Shown: positions 46,610-55,154 of the stretch, in pieces
How positions within the stretch are numbered: the first letter of the stretch is position 1
Layout of the letters: the number at the start of each line of letters is the position of its first letter
Source: an uncultured archaeon
Lineage (GTDB): Archaea > Iainarchaeota > Iainarchaeia > Iainarchaeales > VGJJ01
DNA: 55,154 bases
Direction: 5' to 3'
NCBI GenBank assembly: GCA_964363635.1
Contig: CAYIIU010000005.1
Span: forward strand, 1 to 55,154
Translations under genes and position numbers: made by a program
The notes under the pieces: generated by a model
Told to the model about the DNA's origin: nothing
The model's database searches: none
Seen by the model: the letters and a program-made list of their open reading frames with translations, nothing else

Positions 46610-49600
46610 CTACGGCTGAATATTAGGAATGCCATTCCAATAGCGTTCGACGTCGGTGGAGCAATAATCGTTCGCTCCGGCCGGAGGACAATCATATCCT
46701 TGAGCGGGACCGCAGTTGGTGGCGTTGGAGCGGTACTGCACGGCCCCGTTAAAGGGGTCGGAAGTAATGGGCCCTGAAGGGAAGTAGATTTTAGTGTCCA
46801 ATGGATACGGCTCGCCAAACCGGCCAAAGTACCCATTGGAGGGGTTTCCAGAATTATACAGCGGACAAAAGATGGGATAATGGGAGTTTTGATTCTGTGC
46901 CGTGGGGGCGGGAATCGTTCCATTGGTCCGCTCTTTCAGAGTGAACGTGCCGGCCATTCCCAGCGGCGAACCCGTAGCGGTGCATGCATTCCCCACGCCG
47001 AACGTTGAACCTGTTGCGAGGTCGTTGCGAATCTTTTTGGAGTTCCAGAAGACACTCGTCTGCCCATTCATGTTTGAAATACACGTGTAATTATTCACCA
47101 CGAGGCCCAGCATCCCTGCGAGAGAAGTGCCTTGATACAACGTGGATTCGAGCGCAGAATTTCCACTATCTAATGGAATCGTGCTCGGACTACCATCGAC
47201 TAATCCATTGGGCGTCAAAATTCGTCCCGTGGGTTTAATGGAGTTGGGGTTGCAGCCCAAGTACAAAGTGTAATCCGTCCCCGGGACACGGTAGAAGATG
47301 GAGGACAAATACGCGTTATTGTCCTCGTTTCCCGTCGAGGTAAAACCAAAAAAGTTGGAGCTGTTCGAACCGGGAAGAGGAGTGGTGGGGCACGATATTC
47401 CAGATAGGGGGTTGGAGTCCAGCGCCACGCTCGAAATGTACGCGTTGGCCCCGCCATCCACGCAAATATCACAATTGTTCCCCGTGCACGAAAGAACGGG
47501 CTGCTTTTTGATGGACGCAAAGGGGGTCCACTTTAACAAGGTAGAGCCGGACAAAAACGCGGAGGAAGAAACTTCCTTGATGGCGTAATACGCGTCGCCT
47601 AATCCATTGAGTTTAGACGACCATTCCAGCGCAAGCGGGGTAGGAATGCTCGGACGCACGTACAATATCCCCTGCGCGCGGTCCATGCGGAATAGTTCTC
47701 CGCGCTGCTGCGTGTTAAGCGCTACTGCATCAGGCTGTGCGGAAATAGAATACGTGTTCAGCGCGGTGTTGCCCGGCTGATTGGGGTATGAACGCAGCGG
47801 GAGCATTCCTGAAATGGAAGGAACCAACTCGACCATGGCGCCGGTGAATGCAGTGCCGTACCCGTTGCGGTGCATCGTGATGGGAGTCTGGCTATCGTCC
47901 ACGCCCACAATCCCATCTAAAGGAAGTTCCAGCAATTCAGTGTAGCCGGATAACGCCGAAGCGTCGGCGAGTTTGGTGAGCACCACATTGATGCGCGCGT
48001 GCGGAGAGCTGGCGAGGAAAAATTCCCCATTGCCGCCATCCCACGCAATATCGATGCGCGCGCGGTACAATCCTGGAGAAGAAATTTGAACCGCACTCTC
48101 AACTCCGTCCACTTCAAACGACAAGCGGTCGGGGGAAATAACATAGTCGCTCCAAACTCCCGCCCCCACTCCCGTGTCTTTGAAATAAGATGGAGCATTC
48201 GCCAAAACCTGGTTCTCAAAATAGTCCACGAAATCGGCGCGGAAGTCGTCGCTCAAACCATCGTACATGAGGTAGGAATCAAAGTTTTCGAGCGAGGGAA
48301 TGGAAGCAATCTGCATGGAAGTGGCGGTGGGGGAATAGGCTAACTCCAACTCGCGGAGTTTTTGGACGAGAGATACGAGGAATTGGGTAGAGTCGCAATA
48401 CTTGAAATTGGACGGGTCATTCAATTTGGCGTCACACGTGTCTTTTTGGATAGTATTCCAGCGCCAATCATACGCTACGTGAGGAAATGCACTCGCACCA
48501 CTCACACCCACTTCGCCATTTTCTCCAATGCAGGCATTCGCGGGCTGTGCAACCAATTTGACAACCATCATCTCCTGCGCGCGGGGAAAAACCTTCTGGG
48601 CCAAACGAAGACCCACTTTGTTGTAGGACGCGTATTCCCAGACAAACTGATTATTAGTGTTGATGATTTGAGAATTATCCAACGCTTCAACGAAACCATT
48701 TGTATTGGAGGCAAACTGCTGATACATTTGAATAGCATCCGGCGCCACGTCAGGGTTGTCATTGGGATTGAAATGAGTGACTGAGGCGGACTCCAAAGGG
48801 GTCTTGTACAACACCACGCCGCGAATACCATTATTCAAAACAGAATTCAGCGCATTGGAAGCACTATCCACGAGGGCTTGCTCCACGGGCGCGTCCCACG
48901 CATCGCTCAACACTTTATCGCTTAGACCACTGGGCTTGTTATCAGTGAGGATGACCATCACCTTGTTAGGGCTCTGCCAAAAGGAATGGGACGAAAACTT
49001 CTCCGCCGCCCAAGCCCACGCTTCTTTGAGGTCATGCTTGTCCGGATCGTACGCGGCGCCTGAAACCTGTCCGGTAAAACTAGCTGAGTTCAAAATAACG
49101 GTGCCGGCGGGCCAGTCATTCAAACACGGAAGATTCTGTGCGGGGTTGGTTGATTTGTGATAGAAATTGCTGACGTCACCCATCAAGGCAATTTTCAAAT
49201 TAATCTGCGCACCCGAATAGTATTCAAGGGAGTCCTTCAAGTGTTTTACAACGGAGCACAATCCTTCCTGGCGAATGCCGGATGTAAAACTGGTATTTTC
49301 ATCGCGCTCATTCAATACCATGCTTGAGGAGGCATCGACTAAAATTCCTAAATCAATTGAACTGCCGGTGCTGGGGCTTCCAGTGGAATAATCCTCCAAC
49401 GTAACCACGCCGTATTGCTCCCCATTCAGCGCGGTGTTCTCTACCACCACATTCTGCTGAACCGAAGGATTGTCAAAGCCCACATACTGCGCACGCACCG
49501 CTCCGCCGTGTAGGAATGCGCGAATCGCCGGATTGTCAGTGGAAACATTCACGTATGCCTGTTTCAACGAGTCGAGGCCCCCTTTGTTCAAAAGAATTTT

Positions 49601-52600
49601 CAAGATGTCAGTGCCCTCGGGACTAGCCCACAGCGAACCAGCTGCGACGGGAGAGTAGTTGTTCACTGCGGGAATAATGGAAAAACCGCCCGTTGCAGTG
49701 TAAGCGCCGTTCTGGTTATTTTCATTCGAGAAAACGCTTCCGTATTCCGGACTCAAATGAAATCCTTTACCCGCACCATTGGAGAGTCTAGTGTAATTGC
49801 CCACACAATCCGCACCGCACGATGTTCCGGTGGCGGGCAAATCAGAATATTTGACGATAATCCAATAGTTCGTCGCACTCCCTTTGTAGATAAAGATTTG
49901 AATCGAATGAGGACCGGGAGCAAAATAATAGTTGGAGATGGAACATCCGCCGGTGGGAGAACTCTGCACGACTTTCCCATCAATCTTAACAGTCATATCG
50001 GCCAAACTGTTCGAAGCAAAACAAATGGTATCGATCGTGACCCCATTCGCCACGACGAATGTACTTTCAAACATGACCGAACGCACCGATGCAGGAGTGG
50101 CCCAAGGAGTTTGTTGAGGGCTGCCGGGGCTTTCTAAATAGAAGTTGCCCCCATTCCCCCCAAAAAACTGTGAGTCGGAAATATTTTGAAAAACGACACC
50201 CGGCAGAGGTTGACCCTGCGCATTGACATACGATTGGCGGTCATCCAAAAACTGCGACGCGCCATTAATGGCGTAGCGGGACCAGTTCCCGTCGCCAAAT
50301 GCCAGACGGGAAAAGTCGGTGTGATTCACATCGGAGTTGAACGAGTTATTGTAGTCCACGTTTACGGTGTAATTGAACGAAATGGCCGCGCCCGGATTCT
50401 GCAACTCAGGAGTGAGAACGGAAGGAATGGCATGCGCATACACTCCATTCACGGGAAGTGTTACACGGGGATAAAATGCATCGTTCACGAGCGGATTGCA
50501 GTTGTTCACGACTTGTGCGGCATCGGAACCACCCTTGAGATTGAACATATATTTGGAGAGATTCAGACAATTGTTATTTCCTAAAAGAGGCTGAACAAAA
50601 ACATCAACATTTTTCACCAGCGAAAAACCAACTTGCGCGGGCTGATTATCGTATTTGGCATACACATACAAGGGGTACATTCCGAAGCCGCTGGAAGGAT
50701 TGTACACCGTCAAATCTTTGGACGCGGTGGCACCTAATGAAAGGGGATTTGAAACCGTAATCTGCTGATTTCCCGCCGGAGCGAAAGGGTCCTTCAAATC
50801 CAATTCAATTACGGAACCCGAAGCGGGGGTAAATCCCACGTTGTACAGCTTCAATCCGGACGGACAATTCTGCGTGCTCACGTGCAGGGTTCCAGTATTT
50901 CCCAGCGCGAATGTCAAAGGGTTATTGGGCGATTGAGCGTGCGTCAAGGTAAGGCAGGTAAAGTCCTGCGAAAAATTGAGGGCAACCTGACTCGTGATGA
51001 GGATATTTTCCACATCCGAAAAATAACCGGATGCAGAAGCGGTGATTTCAAGCGTGCTTCCATCCGGGGAAGGAGGAATGGCCCCGGAGAAAATATTGAA
51101 CACAGACGATGTGAAAGGAATCGAATTTCCAACCGGCTGCCCCGCCGAATTTTTCACCTGGCCCACGACTTGAACACCTTGAGCAGGACCCACGACCGCA
51201 TTCAACTGGTCCTTCACCACGACTTGAACCAACTGGGGTTGAGAAGGAATCAAATACGCAGGAGACACGCTCATGAAAAGCGATTTGGCGGGCGTGGTGA
51301 AAATCTTGATGGGAAACGCAGGAGGAGAACTCCCCCCGACGCCGCTCAACGTGGGAGTGAGAGTGGCGCAGTAGGTCACATTGCTCCCGCACGCAAGAGT
51401 GGAGCGCAGCGTGAAGCTGCCTGAAATGGTGGCGTTGTTATTCATGGGAACGGAAATGGAATTGACGCTTGTGGAGAGCGTGGCGACATCCTTGATGAGG
51501 TTCATCACCCCATTCGGGTGGTTGCTCCCGGAAGTGTTGGAGAGTTGATAATTGATTGTGTAATCCGAGTCTTTCTCCAATACGATTGGATAGGCTGAAT
51601 TAATCTGCACCGGCACACTGCTCCCGGACGCGGTGACGAAAAATACGAATGAAAAATTACTCTGATTGAGGGGCTGTCCAATGGTGTACGATTCAAAATA
51701 TTCCGAAGAAAGATTGGCAGCGCTTTTTGCTTGAAAACGGACGTCCAGCTTGTCCGTCTGAAGGACGGCGCCTGCCTTGATTTTGATGAAAACAATGAGC
51801 TCATACGAGGCCGCCCCCGCGATGTCGCCGAGGGTGTTCAATGCGACCTTCGCAGGGGTATTCGAATCGACAGAATTAGCTGGAGAAAAAACGTCCGCGG
51901 GATTGTGAGTGGTGTAGAATGCGATGGCCCCCTTCGCGGCTTGACCGCCTAAAACGTATCCCACGTCCGCAGGAGATTGGGGAGAAGAATTATCCCCATT
52001 CACGCGGACAACCGCCTTCAATTGGTCCTGCGCGACGAGCGATTTTACCGTAAAGTGGAACGCATACAAACCATTGGCCACCAAACTCTGCGCCAACATG
52101 GACGCACCATTCGCAGAAATCTGGTCAATGCGCTGCAATGCAATATCCGCAGCCTGCGAAGAGGAAGTGAGGGCGACTTCAATGTTAATCGTGTGAGCGT
52201 TGTCTTTGATGACATCAAACGGAACCGAAATGAAGGGCAAGTACGTGGCTTTCTCGACTTTCACATAGACCTGCTGCCCCGTGGACACGCCCAATTGGAC
52301 AAAACCCTGTGCATTCGTCGTACCGCGCGACTGCAGGGCGCCGCCATCCACCGAGTACACGGACACATTGGCATCAGTAACAAACGAATTCAACTCATCC
52401 TTGACAGTTACTTTGATGAGCGCGTTGCCCAAGGTAATCGTCACGGGAATAGTAACAATCTGCCCCACGCTGCCTTGAACGACGGTACTGTTGCCATCCG
52501 CGGCGGACGTGTTCACGGTCGCTTGGTACGAGCCCGCGGGAAGGTTGGAAAACCGTGCGATACCCAGCGCGTCCGTACGAACCATGCTCCATGTGATACC

Positions 52601-54031
52601 GCTCTCATCAGGAGTATGCAAATAGGCGGCGGCATTAAACACCGGCAAGCCCACTTCATCGGTGACTTTCACATTGATGATGAGGGCGTTGGGAATCGCC
52701 CCATTGGTATTAGCGGCCTGCAAAGGGTCCAGAAGAATGGGAATTGGCGCCTGTTGATCCTCGGGAACAATCCCCGTGTTGGGAGAAATCTCCGTGACGT
52801 AATTAGAATGCTCTACTAGAAGAGTGGTATCCCCGTTGAAATCCGCGAGAGGCTGGTTGACGATGCCATTGGAATCGCTGGTGTATGAATCGTATTCAAT
52901 AAAATTTCCCAGCGAAGTCTGCGCAAACAACGTGACGGCGGCCCCGGATATAGGCAACTGATTCAAACTGCTCACCAATTTAACAAAAATTTTCCGTTTG
53001 CTGCTCGACACGGGAACGGTGATTGTCTGCACAACCGTTTCGCCGGCATTGACTTGAAATTCCGCGCCCGTCGTCTGTTTGTAGCCTATTTTGGAAATGA
53101 TTACGACGTGTCTGCCCGGAGACACATTCTCAAACAACCCCAACCCATTCGGGTCGGAAAGGGTTTGGTGGGCCAAAACATTTGAACCGGCTGCAGGAAT
53201 CTTGTATAATTTGATCTGCGTCTGATCGATGCCCATTCCATTGGACGTTTTGGCGAAAATCTCCACGGTTCCCCCCGTTGGAGGAGCATTTTCAGGAGGA
53301 CCCAGCGCGGCCGAATCCTGAAGCGAAATAATGGTGGTGTCGCTCCCAATCGTTTGCGTTTTGGAAATAAAACCCGATGCGGAAACATTGACGCTCAAAC
53401 CCGCACAATTTCCGGGCTGGAGAAACGTGACATTTCCACTCGCGGATGTTTGAGAAGCAGGAGGAGTGCCGCTCTGGCATGAAAAAGAAAGCAAAATAGA
53501 AACCGACGAGAGAACACCCAACACGTTTCCTGAACTGTCTTGAATCAACAACACGCGCTGCTTGGCGGGAGAAACCAAATCCTTCAGCGTGAAAATCTGC
53601 GACTTGTTTTTAGTCAATTCCACTTCCTGAAAAAGAGACTCGAAACCATCCTTGATGGCACGAAGCTGGTACGTGCCCGAAACAACGGACAATTCCACTT
53701 TACCATTGGTCTTAGTAGTTTGCGACTCAATGACCTTGCCATCTTTTTCGAGCGAGACCACGACACCGCTCAACGTAGTGCCGGAGGAATCATTCATCGT
53801 CAATGAAAGCGTGACCTTTTCCCCGCCCAACAATCCCCCCGCCACGGAGAACAATCCGAAACCCACGAGCGCAACCACCAACGCCAAAAGGATTCCAAAA
53901 CTGGGAAGAATTTTATCCACGGGGTCTACAACAGAATATATGGGGACTTTCTTCTGGATTTTATCCAGCAGCGCGTAATAATGGTCCTCCAATGAAAAAT
54001 AAAAACCGCTCAACGCGCTCCGCAAACCCAT
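46610..54031 (-). CDS. Giant (2473 aa) membrane-anchored surface protein with carboxypeptidase-regulatory/prealbumin-like repeats and a VWA domain
   Basis: Single N-terminal TM helix; repeated A.V.....TD..G....L..G.Y modules; DLGILVDASSSM MIDAS motif; Cys pairs at the C-terminus. Confidence 0.8.
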   Translation of the reverse strand: MGLRSALSGFYFSLEDHYYALLDKIQKKVPIYSVVDPVDKILPSFGILLALVVALVGFGLFSVAGGLLGGEKVTLSLTMNDSSGTTLSGVVVSLEKDGKVIESQTTKTNGKVELSVVSGTYQLRAIKDGFESLFQEVELTKNKSQIFTLKDLVSPAKQRVLLIQDSSGNVLGVLSSVSILLSFSCQSGTPPASQTSASGNVTFLQPGNCAGLSVNVSASGFISKTQTIGSDTTIISLQDSAALGPPENAPPTGGTVEIFAKTSNGMGIDQTQIKLYKIPAAGSNVLAHQTLSDPNGLGLFENVSPGRHVVIISKIGYKQTTGAEFQVNAGETVVQTITVPVSSSKRKIFVKLVSSLNQLPISGAAVTLFAQTSLGNFIEYDSYTSDSNGIVNQPLADFNGDTTLLVEHSNYVTEISPNTGIVPEDQQAPIPILLDPLQAANTNGAIPNALIINVKVTDEVGLPVFNAAAYLHTPDESGITWSMVRTDALGIARFSNLPAGSYQATVNTSAADGNSTVVQGSVGQIVTIPVTITLGNALIKVTVKDELNSFVTDANVSVYSVDGGALQSRGTTNAQGFVQLGVSTGQQVYVKVEKATYLPFISVPFDVIKDNAHTINIEVALTSSSQAADIALQRIDQISANGASMLAQSLVANGLYAFHFTVKSLVAQDQLKAVVRVNGDNSSPQSPADVGYVLGGQAAKGAIAFYTTHNPADVFSPANSVDSNTPAKVALNTLGDIAGAASYELIVFIKIKAGAVLQTDKLDVRFQAKSAANLSSEYFESYTIGQPLNQSNFSFVFFVTASGSSVPVQINSAYPIVLEKDSDYTINYQLSNTSGSNHPNGVMNLIKDVATLSTSVNSISVPMNNNATISGSFTLRSTLACGSNVTYCATLTPTLSGVGGSSPPAFPIKIFTTPAKSLFMSVSPAYLIPSQPQLVQVVVKDQLNAVVGPAQGVQVVGQVKNSAGQPVGNSIPFTSSVFNIFSGAIPPSPDGSTLEITASASGYFSDVENILITSQVALNFSQDFTCLTLTHAQSPNNPLTFALGNTGTLHVSTQNCPSGLKLYNVGFTPASGSVIELDLKDPFAPAGNQQITVSNPLSLGATASKDLTVYNPSSGFGMYPLYVYAKYDNQPAQVGFSLVKNVDVFVQPLLGNNNCLNLSKYMFNLKGGSDAAQVVNNCNPLVNDAFYPRVTLPVNGVYAHAIPSVLTPELQNPGAAISFNYTVNVDYNNSFNSDVNHTDFSRLAFGDGNWSRYAINGASQFLDDRQSYVNAQGQPLPGVVFQNISDSQFFGGNGGNFYLESPGSPQQTPWATPASVRSVMFESTFVVANGVTIDTICFASNSLADMTVKIDGKVVQSSPTGGCSISNYYFAPGPHSIQIFIYKGSATNYWIIVKYSDLPATGTSCGADCVGNYTRLSNGAGKGFHLSPEYGSVFSNENNQNGAYTATGGFSIIPAVNNYSPVAAGSLWASPEGTDILKILLNKGGLDSLKQAYVNVSTDNPAIRAFLHGGAVRAQYVGFDNPSVQQNVVVENTALNGEQYGVVTLEDYSTGSPSTGSSIDLGILVDASSSMVLNERDENTSFTSGIRQEGLCSVVKHLKDSLEYYSGAQINLKIALMGDVSNFYHKSTNPAQNLPCLNDWPAGTVILNSASFTGQVSGAAYDPDKHDLKEAWAWAAEKFSSHSFWQSPNKVMVILTDNKPSGLSDKVLSDAWDAPVEQALVDSASNALNSVLNNGIRGVVLYKTPLESASVTHFNPNDNPDVAPDAIQMYQQFASNTNGFVEALDNSQIINTNNQFVWEYASYNKVGLRLAQKVFPRAQEMMVVKLVAQPANACIGENGEVGVSGASAFPHVAYDWRWNTIQKDTCDAKLNDPSNFKYCDSTQFLVSLVQKLRELELAYSPTATSMQIASIPSLENFDSYLMYDGLSDDFRADFVDYFENQVLANAPSYFKDTGVGAGVWSDYVISPDRLSFEVDGVESAVQISSPGLYRARIDIAWDGGNGEFFLASSPHARINVVLTKLADASALSGYTELLELPLDGIVGVDDSQTPITMHRNGYGTAFTGAMVELVPSISGMLPLRSYPNQPGNTALNTYSISAQPDAVALNTQQRGELFRMDRAQGILYVRPSIPTPLALEWSSKLNGLGDAYYAIKEVSSSAFLSGSTLLKWTPFASIKKQPVLSCTGNNCDICVDGGANAYISSVALDSNPLSGISCPTTPLPGSNSSNFFGFTSTGNEDNNAYLSSIFYRVPGTDYTLYLGCNPNSIKPTGRILTPNGLVDGSPSTIPLDSGNSALESTLYQGTSLAGMLGLVVNNYTCISNMNGQTSVFWNSKKIRNDLATGSTFGVGNACTATGSPLGMAGTFTLKERTNGTIPAPTAQNQNSHYPIFCPLYNSGNPSNGYFGRFGEPYPLDTKIYFPSGPITSDPFNGAVQYRSNATNCGPAQGYDCPPAGANDYCSTDVERYWNGIPNIQP

Positions 54032-54114
54032 AGAAGAAGTGCAGTTTTCCGGTATTTAAAAAGACGCCTGCGTTTGGGGATAAAACACACATCTTAGACA
54101 CGAGGCAGAGAAGT

Positions 54115-55116
54115 TTACGAATACGATGCCAGCACTTTCTGCTTCGCCTCATCAAGTGAACGAGCAGGAATGCCCAATTCTTTCGTGATAGAAAGCGCGA
54201 GCTCGTGTTCAAAGCCGTGGTGCGTGAACACCTGCTTGGGCTGCGCCTCTCTCACGTATTGGAGTAATTGTTCATAGTCCGCATGATCGGACAACGCAAA
54301 ATTTCGATCGTAACTCTCTTTCCACACCCACCCGGTGCACTTCGCGGAAACAATGGGGCGTTTCGCTGAAACACTAATCGCATGCAGCACGTGCGGAGAG
54401 CACAAACTTGGGGGCAAAATCAATAACTCAGCATCTTTCAAATTGTGATTAATTTTTTCATAGTCTCCCAACGAATGACCGTGCTTTTCATGAATTTTAT
54501 TTTTTTCAAAAATACTGTCGTGAACAAATGGAGTGAGAGAAGAATACTCATTCACAATTTTTGTCAACTCTTGCGCCTTCCCCGTAGCATATCCCGCAAG
54601 CACGGGCAATGCATTTTCTTTCTGCACGTGCTTCATCCATGCAGCCATTTCCGCATACACGTTTTCGCGCGAAGGAAAAGAAAATTGTTTCAAGCCGAAT
54701 GTGGATTCCATGACTAAAATATCACACGGAACAATCTCTGCACCCCGCATGACAAGGGAATCCTGCAGCTTGAAATCAGTAGTGACGCACACTTTCTTCT
54801 CCCCCTCCACCACGATTTGAGAGGAACCCAAAATGTGGCCCGAATTAACGAGGGAAATTTTTTCCTCCCCCGCGCGAAAATGCTTCCGAAAACCCATATG
54901 ATGCGTCAACGCTTTCTTTGGAATCTTCGCCTCAATCATTCCGTGGGTGGGCGTGGACATGTAGTAGGGAAATTCATTCTTCGCGCCGATGCACACGTGA
55001 TCAGAGTGCGCGTGCGAAACCAACACACGGTCGGCCGAGACCTTCTTGCGGTGCGGATCCACCATCACTTTTTCAGAGGCATGAATGACCACGCCATGCT
55101 CCTCATACACATTCAT
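54115..55116 (-). CDS. Metallo-beta-lactamase/beta-CASP-like nuclease
   Basis: SHAHSDH, GHILGS, DFK, ESTFG, SDHAD, HHG. Confidence 0.88.
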   Translation of the reverse strand: MNVYEEHGVVIHASEKVMVDPHRKKVSADRVLVSHAHSDHVCIGAKNEFPYYMSTPTHGMIEAKIPKKALTHHMGFRKHFRAGEEKISLVNSGHILGSSQIVVEGEKKVCVTTDFKLQDSLVMRGAEIVPCDILVMESTFGLKQFSFPSRENVYAEMAAWMKHVQKENALPVLAGYATGKAQELTKIVNEYSSLTPFVHDSIFEKNKIHEKHGHSLGDYEKINHNLKDAELLILPPSLCSPHVLHAISVSAKRPIVSAKCTGWVWKESYDRNFALSDHADYEQLLQYVREAQPKQVFTHHGFEHELALSITKELGIPARSLDEAKQKVLASYS

Positions 55117-55154
55117 AAAAAAACTCTTTTCCTGCGGGAATGAAAACAAGGAAT

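Noticed and set aside
51977-52819. Long antisense ORFs (this 280-aa one, 6093-6866, 14484-15122 and others)
   Set aside because: Shadow frames of well-supported genes with no recognisable motifs.

Overview
Archaeal chromosomal window, most consistent with a DPANN lineage, probably Iainarchaeota/Diapherotrites (inference). The evidence is GatE, an A1-U72 tRNA-Gln, a class III signal peptide pilin, archaeal YchF, TATA-like boxes about 25-30 nt upstream of many ATGs, and many bacterial-like genes. Housekeeping genes: argF, gatE, aspS, asnS, purA, dus, DEAD-box helicase, pepF, an RsmB/NOP2 methyltransferase, a class II RNR with a LAGLIDADG intein, cobO, ychF and fsa, plus three tRNAs (Pro-CGG, Gln-TTG, Ile-GAT). 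Accessory content: a copper-export operon with a divergent membrane-anchored HTH regulator, two toxin-antitoxin clusters, an orphan Dcm-like methylase, a Hint-domain surface protein, large surface proteins (834 and 2473 aa) and several Arg-rich orphans. The main unexplained signal is non-coding. A dispersed family of composite palindromic (REP/PATE-like) elements with compensatory base changes clusters around tRNA genes, and at two loci lies between duplicated copies of a gene 3' end. No CRISPR array, rRNA, integrase or transposase was seen. All coordinates and alignments were read by eye.
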